DNA of 64,000 nt, from the IMG/VR virus record IMGVR_UViG_3300032116_000065, positions 37,319 to 101,318 of that record; one strand, 5' to 3'. This stretch comes from a virus. Positions within the stretch are counted from its first letter, which is position 1; each line of letters opens with the position of its first letter. The position numbers and the translations under genes were made by a program. Shown here one piece after another: positions 8,675 to 19,509 of this stretch. Under the pieces are notes generated by a model. The model did not search any database. It had not been told where the DNA came from and saw nothing but the letters and a program-made list of their open reading frames with translations.

Positions 8675-11113
8675 TTATGTAATCAAATATCGAACAATGA
8701 CTATGCCAGATCCACCCAATCCACAAAGTTCTCCTGAACCACCCCAAGCACCACCACCACCACCACCAGTATTTGTAGTTCCATCTGTTCCAGCAGTACC
8801 AGATCCAGAATTATATCTTCCGCCGCCACCACCGCCGCCCGCACCACCAATTGATAATAGTGGTGAATTTCCAGCGTGTCCACCACCACCACCAGCATAG
8901 TAAGAAGGCGTTCCGCTGATTGTAGAAACTAATCCTGCTCCACCGCGACCTGTATTTGCGACTAGTGGAGCAGCCCCACTATATCCAGCCTCTCCTGCAC
9001 CCCCTCCGCCACCGCCTCTTGCGCCAGTCCAGCTGCTGATATTTGTTCCACCAGCTCCACCAGCATTTCCTTGTCCTGGAGTTGCAGCGCCACCTGCGCC
9101 ACCACTGCTTTCGCCCAAGCCACCGCCACCACCAGATCCTCCAGCAAGCCCTGCGTTTGCATTATACCATCCACCACCACCACCGCCAGCAGCTTGAGTT
9201 ATTCCTGTGATTGAACTATTTGCTCCATTTCCACCACTAGTGTATGATGATGTTCCTCTCGCTCCACCAGCACCAATTGTGACAGTGTATGTTGTATTTG
9301 CAGTTGGAACAAATCCAGAACCTGTGACAACACCGCCACCACCACCGCCGCCGCCCCAACCACCACCGCCACCACCAGCAGCAACAATCAAATATTCAAC
9401 GTTGAGGCTGTTTGGATTTGCATCAACTACAAATGATCCAGAAGAAGTGAACGTGTGTATCTTATAATTACCAGAATATGTGATTGTTCCACCATTCGCT
9501 TTTAATGATGGATTAATTACAGTCAGACTAAATGTTTTTTCTGTATACTGTAATTCTGGATCAGGACCAGCCTGTACTGTGAAACTATATGTTGTTGATG
9601 CATTTGGTGGGTTTGTGATATTACCAGTTATTACACCATTTGATGCAAGATTTAATCCTGGAGGAAGTGCACCAGAAATAAGTGTATATGAAAGATTGCT
9701 CACAATGGTATCATTTTTTGGATACTTGATGTAAACAATACCAGAACCGCCAGCACCACCAACAGCTTGGTGACCGCCACCACCACCACCACCGCCAGTG
9801 TTTGCTCCAGCAGCACCACCAGTACCAGCAACACCATTTGACCCATTTGACAGACCACCAAGACCACCAATACCTGCAGTGCCACCTGGCCAAGTGCTAC
9901 CACCACCGCCACCACCATAACCACCTTTACCAGCTTGACCAGCAGTATGACTTCCGCCACCGCCACCACCAGCATAGTAATATGATGTTCCAGAAATATT
10001 TGATGAATATCCATCGCCACCATGACCAGCACGAGTTCCACTCACAGCGTCGATTGTACCGTTAGCCATTCCAGCCAGTGAAGTGTTGCCACCAGCACCA
10101 CCGCCACCACCAGCGTAGTATTGATCAGAGACTTGCGTTTCTGGTGAATTACCACCACGAGTTCCTCGTTGCCATGATGGAATACCGATTGCATTTGCAC
10201 CCAATGATTGTGGTGCGCCAGAGTAACGATATCTTGCAGCAGAACCACCACCGCTACCACCAATAGCAGCATTACCGCCAACATATGGAGGATCAGTTCT
10301 GTGACCTGACCCGCCTCCACCACCACCAACTGCAATGATCGTGTTTCCAAATGATGTATTTCCACCATTCGCACCAGCTGGTGGAGTTGATGCATATCCT
10401 GTTCCACCAGCACCACCTGCACCAATTGTGATTGTATAATTTGTAGCAGTCACTGTGACTGTGTTGGCAAGAACACCACCACCGCCACCACCGCCACCCA
10501 TGTCATTACCGCCACCGCCACCAGCAGCAACAACGAGATACTCTACTGCTCCGCCACCAAAAGAAACATTGAATGATGATGTAGATGTGAATGTATGAAT
10601 AGTGTAGTTATTAATATTTGCAACTGTGCCACCAGTTGCATAAATTGGGGTTATATCTCCAGGATTATATGCAAACAATGGTGCAAGAGAAACATTAGTG
10701 TTTGGAGAAACAGTTCCAAGATTTGCACCAGTCAACCAAGTCGGTGTTCCAGATATTGTAATTCCTGGGAAATAGACTGCAGAGCCGCCGTCAGTATTCA
10801 CGACATAAAACGGGACTGTCGGACCTTGTGTATTTGCAGGAACAGTAAAGGAAAGAGAATTGGCATTTGCGCGTGTAACCGTAGAAGAAACCACGCCATT
10901 AACATAAACTGTAACACCAGGATTAAAACCTGTGCCTGTAACAATAACTACAGAATTTCCAGTATTATCAGCAGCGAGTGCATTATTAGCATATGCAATT
11001 GATAATACTTTTGGACCACCACCTTGCGCAATAACATCAGAAACATCTGATGCTAATTGCGTTGTGGTAATACTTCCATCAACAATTGCATTTCCAGATA
11101 ATTTGCCAGCCAT
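8675..11113 (-). CDS. Virion protein: IPT/Ig-like domains + two glycine-rich domains
   Basis: MAGKLSGNAI...GGPKV N-terminus; two ATGG...IHTFTS...VEYL(V/I)VA.GGGGG...GGSGIV units. Confidence 0.8.
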   Translation of the reverse strand: MAGKLSGNAIVDGSITTTQLASDVSDVIAQGGGPKVLSIAYANNALAADNTGNSVVIVTGTGFNPGVTVYVNGVVSSTVTRANANSLSFTVPANTQGPTVPFYVVNTDGGSAVYFPGITISGTPTWLTGANLGTVSPNTNVSLAPLFAYNPGDITPIYATGGTVANINNYTIHTFTSTSSFNVSFGGGAVEYLVVAAGGGGGNDMGGGGGGGGVLANTVTVTATNYTITIGAGGAGGTGYASTPPAGANGGNTSFGNTIIAVGGGGGGSGHRTDPPYVGGNAAIGGSGGGSAARYRYSGAPQSLGANAIGIPSWQRGTRGGNSPETQVSDQYYAGGGGGAGGNTSLAGMANGTIDAVSGTRAGHGGDGYSSNISGTSYYYAGGGGGGSHTAGQAGKGGYGGGGGGSTWPGGTAGIGGLGGLSNGSNGVAGTGGAAGANTGGGGGGGGHQAVGGAGGSGIVYIKYPKNDTIVSNLSYTLISGALPPGLNLASNGVITGNITNPPNASTTYSFTVQAGPDPELQYTEKTFSLTVINPSLKANGGTITYSGNYKIHTFTSSGSFVVDANPNSLNVEYLIVAAGGGGGGWGGGGGGGGVVTGSGFVPTANTTYTVTIGAGGARGTSSYTSGGNGANSSITGITQAAGGGGGGWYNANAGLAGGSGGGGGLGESSGGAGGAATPGQGNAGGAGGTNISSWTGARGGGGGGAGEAGYSGAAPLVANTGRGGAGLVSTISGTPSYYAGGGGGHAGNSPLLSIGGAGGGGGGGRYNSGSGTAGTDGTTNTGGGGGGAWGGSGELCGLGGSGIVIVRYLIT

Positions 11114-11122
11114 ATGATTTCA

Positions 11123-11923
11123 TTAACTCCAATACTCTGTCAATACACCTGCACCACCTCCGCCACCACCGCCACCACCACCGCCTGATCCAGCGATGGA
11201 ATCATCGATAACATTAACTGGTCGAATCTTTGTCTCAATTGCAATTGGTTCTCTGCGAGTGTTTATAACAACTGCTTTTCTTTGCTCATTAATTCGAGTT
11301 CGTTTAGGTTCTGCTCTACTTTGAACTTCAACTTGTTTGATTACACTATTATCAAGTTTAAGTTGAGATGTGTGTGGACTGTTATTTTTACTATCTTGAA
11401 CAAATACATATCGTTCATTAATATTTGTCGGTTTTCTGTCAGTCGCAACGTTTCGATCTGAGATTATAACTAGTTTATCATTATTTCTATATGGAATTCG
11501 ATAACCAAATACTCGATTAGATTCTTCAACAACAACAGGTCTCACATACACAGCCACTTTAGACGATTCAGTTCGAACTTGAGTTGTAACTCGCGGATTA
11601 AATGTTGCATATTTTGGGCTATCTTCTACACTATTAACTAATCTTTCTGAGACAGAAAACGTTTTATATACCACATTACTTGTTTGTATTTGCGGTGTGC
11701 TGTTTACATAAACAGCAACAGTTGTAGTCGATCCAAAATTAGCTGGTATAGGAGAATTAACACCAATAATGGTTTTGGTGTTAATCGGAACACTGGTTCT
11801 ACCAGGAGATACAGAAGATTTAACAACAATTGAGACAACCGAACCTAACTTAATTACATTATTAGATGCAAAAACAGTTAGGTTCGGCTGATATGAGTTA
11901 AATCGTGTATCAACTAATGCCAT
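11123..11923 (-). CDS. Hypothetical virion-associated protein with C-terminal poly-Gly linker and EYWS end
   Basis: 266-aa ORF, tightly packed in the operon. Confidence 0.6.
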   Translation of the reverse strand: MALVDTRFNSYQPNLTVFASNNVIKLGSVVSIVVKSSVSPGRTSVPINTKTIIGVNSPIPANFGSTTTVAVYVNSTPQIQTSNVVYKTFSVSERLVNSVEDSPKYATFNPRVTTQVRTESSKVAVYVRPVVVEESNRVFGYRIPYRNNDKLVIISDRNVATDRKPTNINERYVFVQDSKNNSPHTSQLKLDNSVIKQVEVQSRAEPKRTRINEQRKAVVINTRREPIAIETKIRPVNVIDDSIAGSGGGGGGGGGGGAGVLTEYWS

Positions 11924-13635
11924 TAGATGTCGACACTGGCAATAATATTATTCAATCCACCACCAGAAATTGTAATCGAAATCTGCGTATTTGTTGAGTT
12001 ACTTGTTGTCACTGTTGTATTCTTACTATTGCTTGCAGTGAAAATCATTCCATTCCCATCAATAGAGAGAGATACATTTGCTGCAACACGTTCGCCATTG
12101 CTATTATAAGCATTGACATTCGCAGTTGTAGAGATTGAATTTCCAGTATAAACATAACTTGTATTTGCCATCAATACACTAATTGTAATTGGTAACGTTG
12201 GCGTAATTGCGTGGATCGTATGATATCCCTTTTCGCGGCTTGAACCCCAAAGACGATTCGTTTGATCCAATCCAATCATTCTAAACTCAGTAGGATAAGT
12301 TCCAGTTGCAACCCATCCATCAGTTGAATTAAATGTATAGAATTTTAAACTTCCAGTAATCGGAACTGCCATTTGAGTTCCAGCATCATTCATCGGCATC
12401 AATCCTCTTGGAATATCATTGACGCTAGAGAATGTAACTTTACTGTGGAAGGTTAGAACATCATCACCAGTTCCAGAACCAATTGAATATGTCATCATGG
12501 TTCTTTTTGCAGCACTACTCCAACGACTTGCACCACTACCAAATGCAGCAGATTTGTCTACGAGCCAAAATGTGATATAGTTTGTTCCGCCAACAGTAAA
12601 CTGCCATGGCTGCATGCGCCAGCTATTACGTTGATATCCATCAGCACCATCAGTTGTATAAGCTGCAGCATGAGTTGCATATGTTTCAGCACCAGAATAA
12701 GTCATTGTGCAGTTAGCTGCAGCAATAGAACCATCAGCAGGATTCCAAACGTAACGAACTGGAGACAATGCTACATACGTTCCTTCAAAATGACTACTGT
12801 AGAATACACGACGAGTTGCACTATCACGACGAATGTTACTTGGATAACTTCTCATGTAGTTGGTATTGTAATTTCTGTAACTATTGCTTATGACTGTTGT
12901 TGATGCAGTTGAAGATGCATTTAGTTTATAAATGTTATATCTGCTAAATCCGCCATGCTCAACAGCAACAAAAAACAAGAATCCCGCATCGTCACGACCC
13001 ATAAAGAAAAAGCGATAGTTTTGCATGTCTAGCGGACGAGTTACACCAGAAGGAGTTCCCGCCTCATAACCTGACCAAGTTACTACACGATCAAACTCTG
13101 GACGACTACTGTGAAATCCCCACATTCTATTATTTGACACATCTTCAAATATGAATTGACTTGGTGCACCTTCATAATTACCTGACTGATAAGATGTTCC
13201 TAATGTTGCATCATCAGCAACTACGTGAATATTGTTATAATTGTCACCACTGTTAATGGTGGTTCTTCCAGGAATTGAATAATAAGACTTTCCACCAGCA
13301 GTTTTCCAACCTTTTCTTACTGGAAAATTTGGAAAATCCATTGAACGCCAGCGAGTATCTATGAAGCCAGTATCATAGTGTTGGGAATCACCATTACCCC
13401 AAGATTGATCAACACCTTTAGATAAAACCATTGGACCAAAGTCTACAAAACTGTCTGGGCTCGTAAAGGTATACAATTCATTATGATTGAAATGATACTT
13501 TTGCATCCAAAGGGGTGAAAGTGTGTTGGTGTCATAACCCTGACCTTCGATGAAGATTCGGCTTCTAGAAAGATTCGCGTCTTCAATGAGCGCGAACATA
13601 TTAGTATTTGTTCTGTTTACTGCTATTTCTGGCAT
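11923..13635 (-). CDS. Hypothetical beta-rich virion protein (possible receptor-binding head)
   Basis: 570-aa ORF rich in aromatic and Ser/Thr residues, within the fibre cluster. Confidence 0.6.
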   Translation of the reverse strand: MPEIAVNRTNTNMFALIEDANLSRSRIFIEGQGYDTNTLSPLWMQKYHFNHNELYTFTSPDSFVDFGPMVLSKGVDQSWGNGDSQHYDTGFIDTRWRSMDFPNFPVRKGWKTAGGKSYYSIPGRTTINSGDNYNNIHVVADDATLGTSYQSGNYEGAPSQFIFEDVSNNRMWGFHSSRPEFDRVVTWSGYEAGTPSGVTRPLDMQNYRFFFMGRDDAGFLFFVAVEHGGFSRYNIYKLNASSTASTTVISNSYRNYNTNYMRSYPSNIRRDSATRRVFYSSHFEGTYVALSPVRYVWNPADGSIAAANCTMTYSGAETYATHAAAYTTDGADGYQRNSWRMQPWQFTVGGTNYITFWLVDKSAAFGSGASRWSSAAKRTMMTYSIGSGTGDDVLTFHSKVTFSSVNDIPRGLMPMNDAGTQMAVPITGSLKFYTFNSTDGWVATGTYPTEFRMIGLDQTNRLWGSSREKGYHTIHAITPTLPITISVLMANTSYVYTGNSISTTANVNAYNSNGERVAANVSLSIDGNGMIFTASNSKNTTVTTSNSTNTQISITISGGGLNNIIASVDI

Positions 13636-13647
13636 TGCTATGACTCC

Positions 13648-13842
13648 TTATTCTGCAGGTGGTGTTTCTTCTGTAACACCATTCATTGTTTTTACTGTTT
13701 CCCACCACGCCATGGCTTCTGCTTCATCTGCCCACGCTGGCTGATCACCAGTAGAAGTAGGTTTAAATGGTTGATATACGATGACTTGATCATCATTTAG
13801 AGCTTCAAAAGCACCGCCGACAAAACGAGTTGTAATTGCCAT
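13648..13842 (-). CDS. Small hypothetical protein (fibre-assembly-like)
   Basis: 64 aa, YQPF.P..G...W..EAEA.AW motif. Confidence 0.6.
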   Translation of the reverse strand: MAITTRFVGGAFEALNDDQVIVYQPFKPTSTGDQPAWADEAEAMAWWETVKTMNGVTEETPPAE

Positions 13843-13844
13843 GT

Positions 13845-15503
13845 TTAGTTCCTAGTATACAAGAAAGTTACAGTAAGGTCTGCTCCAGGGACACCTGATC
13901 CTGCAGCTGCAGTATCAACAGTTATATAGTCTCCATTATTTATATTTGCAGCAACGTTATAGGTTTCAGAGGATGATTGAGTTGATGTAATATTTAAGGT
14001 GATAAAGTTAGCACCATTTTTCACAATAACAAATCGTGCATTCGATCCTGCAGGAGCAGTTTCTAATCTTGCCTTTACAGAGGTGAGAGTTATGTTTCCT
14101 GGAACGTACCATTTTTGAGTTCCAGCACTGACTGTTAACGTCCCTGTTTTATGAAAGTGGCGCTCAAAGGTTGGTTTATTTGCTACAATTCGAGCATCAG
14201 CCTGACCCGCAACCCAGTTGATAAACTCTGAGGTTGTATTTGCATAATCGACAAAGTTCTTTGGAATCCATTTACCTGTTATTTCGTCTTTCCAAAGGAA
14301 AGACATCGCGAGATCGCCAGCAATTGGATCGTCTATAATAATCTCATTATACATTCCATTTTTAAGATGCTGCAAATATACCTTTGGAATACCATTTCCA
14401 GATAGATTAACTTGTAAATCTCGTACGATAATATTACCACGCATTGCTGCGTGATTCCCACATTGATAATGGAGAGTGTTCGGAGCATTATTTGCGACAA
14501 TCCAAGTGAGAGTATTCCCAGAAGTTGCTCTACTATTTGAAATGCCAGTTGTATACTCACCGACATACGCACCAGACGAAAAGCTGTTTGCGTTACTTGT
14601 CGTAATATACAGTGGATGATTTGATTCGCTTCCAGTTACTTGAAAACGATAAGTTCCACCGCGATAAACAATCACTTCTTCATTAAAGTTGTGGCTCTCA
14701 TCGACATGCCAGTGCGCAGGGGCAGCTGCATTTCCTTGATGACTCATCATTCCTTCAAATGTAATGTTCACATTTGGTGCATTGAGAGTTGGAGAAACTG
14801 CACCGAAAGTCTCTGGAATGTTCCAGGTTAAAGTTTGTACAGTATTCCCATTAATAGTTGTATTTCCATAAACAACACCATCAACTAGATTACCATTACC
14901 AGCGCCAGGAATCCACTTAATAAACGCATTGTGAATATGAGTTGCGTTAGCAACAGCGGTCACATTTAAATTACTTGCTTTATTTGTCCAGACATATCTA
15001 CCTTTCTTGTGAATGGTGATGGCTGGATCTAAAGTATTTGACGTGAGTGTTCGATTATATGGATTTCCATTTGAAAGCCAAGACCATGACCATGATCCTG
15101 TTGAACCAATACCATGCGAATCAAGTGTAAAATTTAATATTTCTGGAGGAAACTTATCAACAGAACTCAGGTCAGCAATATCTCCTCCAAACCCAACATT
15201 CGAAGAAACTGCAGTTTGAATTTCTGCAATATTGATTTCACCATTCGTTGTATTCGAAGTAGCAGTCTTACCTTCTGCAGTAATAATCAACGCCTTTGGA
15301 CTTGGTGTATTTGCAGTTGGTTTGCCAACAATGGCAACAGTTCCTGTATTTGCATCAATAGAGAGTTTAGCACCACCTAAATTAATCGTGCTACCGCTGA
15401 GATACATATCGCGAAAACGACCATTAGCAGTTCCAATATCAAACAACTCATTGTTTGCTGGAGTAAGGTGACCATCAATGATTGTATTTTTCAGTAATGC
15501 CAT
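13845..15503 (-). CDS. Fibre-like virion protein with cupredoxin-like domain
   Basis: N-terminal P.N...DIG....RF.D.YLSG.TI.LG fibre motif; HPLYI...APNTLHYQCGNHAAMRG; C-terminal beta-sandwich. Confidence 0.7.
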   Translation of the reverse strand: MALLKNTIIDGHLTPANNELFDIGTANGRFRDMYLSGSTINLGGAKLSIDANTGTVAIVGKPTANTPSPKALIITAEGKTATSNTTNGEINIAEIQTAVSSNVGFGGDIADLSSVDKFPPEILNFTLDSHGIGSTGSWSWSWLSNGNPYNRTLTSNTLDPAITIHKKGRYVWTNKASNLNVTAVANATHIHNAFIKWIPGAGNGNLVDGVVYGNTTINGNTVQTLTWNIPETFGAVSPTLNAPNVNITFEGMMSHQGNAAAPAHWHVDESHNFNEEVIVYRGGTYRFQVTGSESNHPLYITTSNANSFSSGAYVGEYTTGISNSRATSGNTLTWIVANNAPNTLHYQCGNHAAMRGNIIVRDLQVNLSGNGIPKVYLQHLKNGMYNEIIIDDPIAGDLAMSFLWKDEITGKWIPKNFVDYANTTSEFINWVAGQADARIVANKPTFERHFHKTGTLTVSAGTQKWYVPGNITLTSVKARLETAPAGSNARFVIVKNGANFITLNITSTQSSSETYNVAANINNGDYITVDTAAAGSGVPGADLTVTFLYTRN

Positions 15504-15504
15504 C

Positions 15505-17178
15505 TTATTTGTTCTCTAATTTCTTAACTTGTTCTTCTAACTGCTTTATAGCCTCAATCAAATACGCAGTAATTTTAGTATAATATACACCAATTGGTTT
15601 TCCATCTTCATCATAAGAGACCAGTGTTGGAGCAACAGTCGCTACTTGTTCTGCAATCAATCCTGCTTCTAATTTCTCATGGTCTATCTTATTATAAGTT
15701 ACACCGAGTAACTGCTTAATAACTGATAGTGCATCATTAATCGGATTAATATTTTCTTTAATTGCAATTGTTGATGTTTCAACTAGATTATTACAACTAA
15801 CTTCTCCAGTTACATAAACACTATTACCAACAGTAACGTTATTATTCGATACATTTGCAGTCAACGTAGAGGAAACAGAAAATACGTTTCCATTTAAATT
15901 AAAGGTTAGATTAGATACACTTTTTGGCGACCCATCAAGATTAAATACAATCTGAGTGTTTGAGGTGGTTGCGCTAATATTTGCAGTTCCTGCAGGACCA
16001 GAAGGACCTTGTGGTCCCTGTGGTCCTGCGCCTTCAATTGTATATGCATCAACAACTGAGTTTGCTTCTGGAGCAGAAACGAAAACAATTGTTGCATTAT
16101 TAACAGAATAATCAACATTTCTTTGAAGAACACGATCAACAAATACAAGCACACCATTTGCATTATTTGGTGTGGTGCTTAATACAAAATTAAGAGTATT
16201 GCCATCGCCAGTGAATATATCATATGTTGATGGGTTTCCGCGTGGACCTTGTGGTCCCTGAGGTCCAACCGATCCAGAAGATCCTGATGGACCTGTTGGA
16301 CCTTGAGGTCCAGAATCACCAATAGTATATGCAATAATCTTAGTATTTGCATCTGGTGCCACATTAAAAATCAATTCATCGTTATTAGCGAGTGTGTATG
16401 CTGCATTAGATTGTAAAATAGCATCAACGAAAATGAGTGTGTGATTTGCACTAGTTGGCGATACATTCAAAACATATGTTGTTGTATTTCCATCGCCAGT
16501 GAACACATCTCGAAATGCTCCTGGATTGCCAGTACCAATACCAGCAGCACCTGTTGGTCCAGAAGGACCTTGTGGACCTTGTGGACCAAAGTTTCCTTGA
16601 GGACCTTGCGGACCAACAACACCTTGCGGACCCTGCGGACCTGAATCACCAATTGTGTAAACAATTATATCAGAATTGGTTGGTGGTGGTGATGTGAATT
16701 CTATATTTGCATTTACAACGTTGTAAGATGTATTCGTTTGAAGAATGTAATTAATAAAGACTAATGTGTGATTTTCATTCGTTGGCGTCACATTCAATGA
16801 ATAGATGGATGTATTACCATCACCAACAAAGATATCTCGCGTGGATCCAGGATTACCTGTACCCGATCCACCACCACCTCCACCGCCAAGACTTGTAAAT
16901 GCTACATTAGTAATTCCATTAGTATTTGATACGGCAACTGTTACTGTTGCTGTATTAATAAAATTGATTGTGTTGGTTAGTGTATTCGATGCGCTGTTTG
17001 CAGTGATGTATAAATCTGCACCAGCACCAGCTGGACCTGATGGTCCTTGTGGTCCTTGAGGACCAGCATCTGGTGTTTGACCTAAAGACGTCCAAGACTC
17101 ACCATCCCACTGCCAGGTGTTACCACCGTAGGAATATGTGTCATTTAGACTTGGTGAATTTGGAAAATTAATTGCCAT
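15505..17178 (-). CDS. Collagen-like tail fibre with C-terminal intramolecular chaperone (peptidase S74-like)
   Basis: GPQ repeats, three GDGNT..(Y/F).L domains, C-terminal ETS...KENI...GLIAEQV...Y.K....LIEAIK.L. Confidence 0.8.
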   Translation of the reverse strand: MAINFPNSPSLNDTYSYGGNTWQWDGESWTSLGQTPDAGPQGPQGPSGPAGAGADLYITANSASNTLTNTINFINTATVTVAVSNTNGITNVAFTSLGGGGGGGSGTGNPGSTRDIFVGDGNTSIYSLNVTPTNENHTLVFINYILQTNTSYNVVNANIEFTSPPPTNSDIIVYTIGDSGPQGPQGVVGPQGPQGNFGPQGPQGPSGPTGAAGIGTGNPGAFRDVFTGDGNTTTYVLNVSPTSANHTLIFVDAILQSNAAYTLANNDELIFNVAPDANTKIIAYTIGDSGPQGPTGPSGSSGSVGPQGPQGPRGNPSTYDIFTGDGNTLNFVLSTTPNNANGVLVFVDRVLQRNVDYSVNNATIVFVSAPEANSVVDAYTIEGAGPQGPQGPSGPAGTANISATTSNTQIVFNLDGSPKSVSNLTFNLNGNVFSVSSTLTANVSNNNVTVGNSVYVTGEVSCNNLVETSTIAIKENINPINDALSVIKQLLGVTYNKIDHEKLEAGLIAEQVATVAPTLVSYDEDGKPIGVYYTKITAYLIEAIKQLEEQVKKLENK

Positions 17179-17182
17179 ATGC

Positions 17183-17189
17183 TATTTAT
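17183..17189 (-). promoter_or_regulatory. T4-type late promoter (ATAAATA), probably giving a near-leaderless transcript
   Basis: AATAAATA 4 nt upstream of the ATG at 17178. Confidence 0.5.
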
Positions 17190-17194
17190 TTTTG

Positions 17195-18895
17195 TTAATT
17201 AAGTTTGAGAATTACAATGCCAGAACCACCATTACCACCATTGCCAGCATTGTACAGTTTCCCACCGCCGCCGCCACCAAGATTAGCAGTTCCATTGGCA
17301 CCATCTGTTCCACCACCGCCTGTCCCACCAGAACCATCTGTTGTTCCACCACTTGATCCTCTTGCACCACCGCCACCACCAGCGTATGTTACAGAAGTGC
17401 CTGTGATGCTATATTCTAGTCCATTTCCACCATTACCACCCGCAGCACCAGCACCATCAGCACCCACAGCACCTGCACCACCTCCACCACCAGATGGAAA
17501 ATTTCCATTCTCAAGTCCTGCACCACCATTATATCCTTGTCTTGTCAAACTAATAAATGAACTTCCTGGATAAACACCAGCACCGCCAGGACGATTTCCA
17601 CCATATGGTCCACCGCCACCACCAGATCCACCGTCTTGACCAGTAGAGTTTGTTGCATCTCCATGGACGCCGCCAGAACCACCACCCACTGCAGTGATTG
17701 TTGTAAATCCTGTGCCAGATATAGTAGTGTTACCTCCGCGAGAACCTCGTGTTCCTCCAGCAGAAGATGCACCAGCCGCACCAGAACCAATTGTGATTGT
17801 GTATGTGTTTCCTGCTGTTACAGCAACAGATGTTGAGTAAACCAAACCACCTGCGCCGCCACCGCCTCTTCCACCACCGCCACCGCCACCGACAGCAAGA
17901 ATGTCTATAGATGTTACACCAGCTGGACAAATCCAGCTGGCTGAATTAGTAAATGATATCACACTTCCAGGCATAGTGTATTTTAAAATTACAATTCCTG
18001 AACCACCAGCACCGCTGCCACCATTTTGGTTGCCTTGACCACTACCGCCGCCACCGCCTCCACCACCGCCAGTGTTTACTGTTCCTGCAACACCAGCATT
18101 GCTGACACCAGGAACAAATCCGCCACGACCACCGCCGCCTGTGCCGCCAGGACCTCCACCAGCAGGAGAAGTACCAGTATATGTGCCACCACCGCCACCA
18201 CCAGCATAGGTTACAGATGATCCAGATATTGATGATGCTATTCCTGAACCACCAGCGGCTGGTCCACTAGGCATATAATTATCGCCACTAGACCCTGCGC
18301 CACCACCACCGCCACCACCATAAAATGGATTATTGACCCCGCTGCCACCATTATTACCTTGTGATGGTGAAGTTGCAGGAGTATTTCCTGCGCCGCCTGA
18401 TGTAGTTCCGCCTATTTCAGAATAATATCCACCGCCGCCACCAGATCCGCCACTTAATCCGACGCCGTTATTCGGAATAGCTCCACCACCTCCACCACCA
18501 GCAGAAACAATATCGCTGAATTGAGAAGCAGATCCTGGGTCTCCAGTAAAATATGATGGGCTTGCGCCTCTAGCTGCGCCACCAGCGCCAACTGTAATTG
18601 TGTATGTATTTCCAGCGGTTACTGCTAAACCTGTCCCTGTTCTAAAGCCACCTGCTCCTCCGCCGCCGCCATAGGCTGTTCCACCAGATCCACCACCAGC
18701 AACAACGAGATAGTCGACAGAAGTGACACCAGTTGGAGCAGTCCATGTGCTTGATGATGTGAATGTCAAAACAATAGTTTTTGTTAGATTCCATGCTGGA
18801 TTTATAATCCTGCTTGGATTCAATGCATTGTATCTGCCCGTCGGAGAATATCCGAAAGCAGAGAGCGATGCTAATGAAAAGACTTTCGTTGCCAT
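17195..18895 (-). CDS. Glycine-rich two-domain adhesin-like virion protein
   Basis: TFTSSSTWTAPTGVTSVDYLVVAGGG...GGSGIVILK(Y/L) twice; close paralog of 19510..21222. Confidence 0.8.
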   Translation of the reverse strand: MATKVFSLASLSAFGYSPTGRYNALNPSRIINPAWNLTKTIVLTFTSSSTWTAPTGVTSVDYLVVAGGGSGGTAYGGGGGAGGFRTGTGLAVTAGNTYTITVGAGGAARGASPSYFTGDPGSASQFSDIVSAGGGGGGAIPNNGVGLSGGSGGGGGYYSEIGGTTSGGAGNTPATSPSQGNNGGSGVNNPFYGGGGGGGAGSSGDNYMPSGPAAGGSGIASSISGSSVTYAGGGGGGTYTGTSPAGGGPGGTGGGGRGGFVPGVSNAGVAGTVNTGGGGGGGGGSGQGNQNGGSGAGGSGIVILKYTMPGSVISFTNSASWICPAGVTSIDILAVGGGGGGGRGGGGAGGLVYSTSVAVTAGNTYTITIGSGAAGASSAGGTRGSRGGNTTISGTGFTTITAVGGGSGGVHGDATNSTGQDGGSGGGGGPYGGNRPGGAGVYPGSSFISLTRQGYNGGAGLENGNFPSGGGGGAGAVGADGAGAAGGNGGNGLEYSITGTSVTYAGGGGGARGSSGGTTDGSGGTGGGGTDGANGTANLGGGGGGKLYNAGNGGNGGSGIVILKLN

Positions 18896-18896
18896 A

Positions 18897-19229
18897 TTAG
18901 GTAATTTCTACACCAAAGACGCTGAATGAAATATTGGCGTTTGCTGAATAGACAGACAATACATCCGTGTTGCCCATTGAGACACCGAGTGATAGTGCAA
19001 TCGAATCGAGTGCAGTCACTGTTGAATCATATGCAATATAATGTTGATTGGCTAATGCAGCACCAGCTGGTTGAACAGCAATTCTATATGTTGCGTTTGC
19101 ATTATTGTTTCTATTCGTCACAATGATCGAAGAAACAACAGCTTGCGTTGCAGCAGGAACTGTGTAAACATTTGCGGTTGTATTTGCTGCAGGAGCAGAT
19201 TGACCTAATACTTTATATGTTTGTGGCAT
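18897..19229 (-). CDS. Small beta-sandwich adaptor-like virion protein
   Basis: MPQTYKVLGQSAP...YTVPA...YIAYD...FSVFGVEIT. Confidence 0.75.
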   Translation of the reverse strand: MPQTYKVLGQSAPAANTTANVYTVPAATQAVVSSIIVTNRNNNANATYRIAVQPAGAALANQHYIAYDSTVTALDSIALSLGVSMGNTDVLSVYSANANISFSVFGVEIT

Positions 19230-19240
19230 TCGAATATACC

Positions 19241-19495
19241 TTATAAACCAAGTAAGAATGGATGAAATGATTCAGATGGACCAGAAGATCCACCAGCAAC
19301 CTCGAAGGAAATATTTGCATTTCCATCACCAGAATCACTCACTGTAATTGAGACGTTTGTTGTATTTACAAAATTTAATTGTTTTGCAGAAAGAGTTGAT
19401 GAACTATTTTGCGAAATGCGCACAGTGTTTGCAGCAGAACCTAAATTTGTTTCTAGATTTGCGACTTGCGTTGTTCGAATAATTGGTTCAGACAT
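19241..19495 (-). CDS. 84-aa mini fibre-like protein ending in FHPFLLGL
   Basis: Contains the SANTVR...LNF(V/I)NT...GNANISF module also present in 25244..27757. Confidence 0.7.
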   Translation of the reverse strand: MSEPIIRTTQVANLETNLGSAANTVRISQNSSSTLSAKQLNFVNTTNVSITVSDSGDGNANISFEVAGGSSGPSESFHPFLLGL

Positions 19496-19509
19496 TTATT
19501 TTCTCTATA

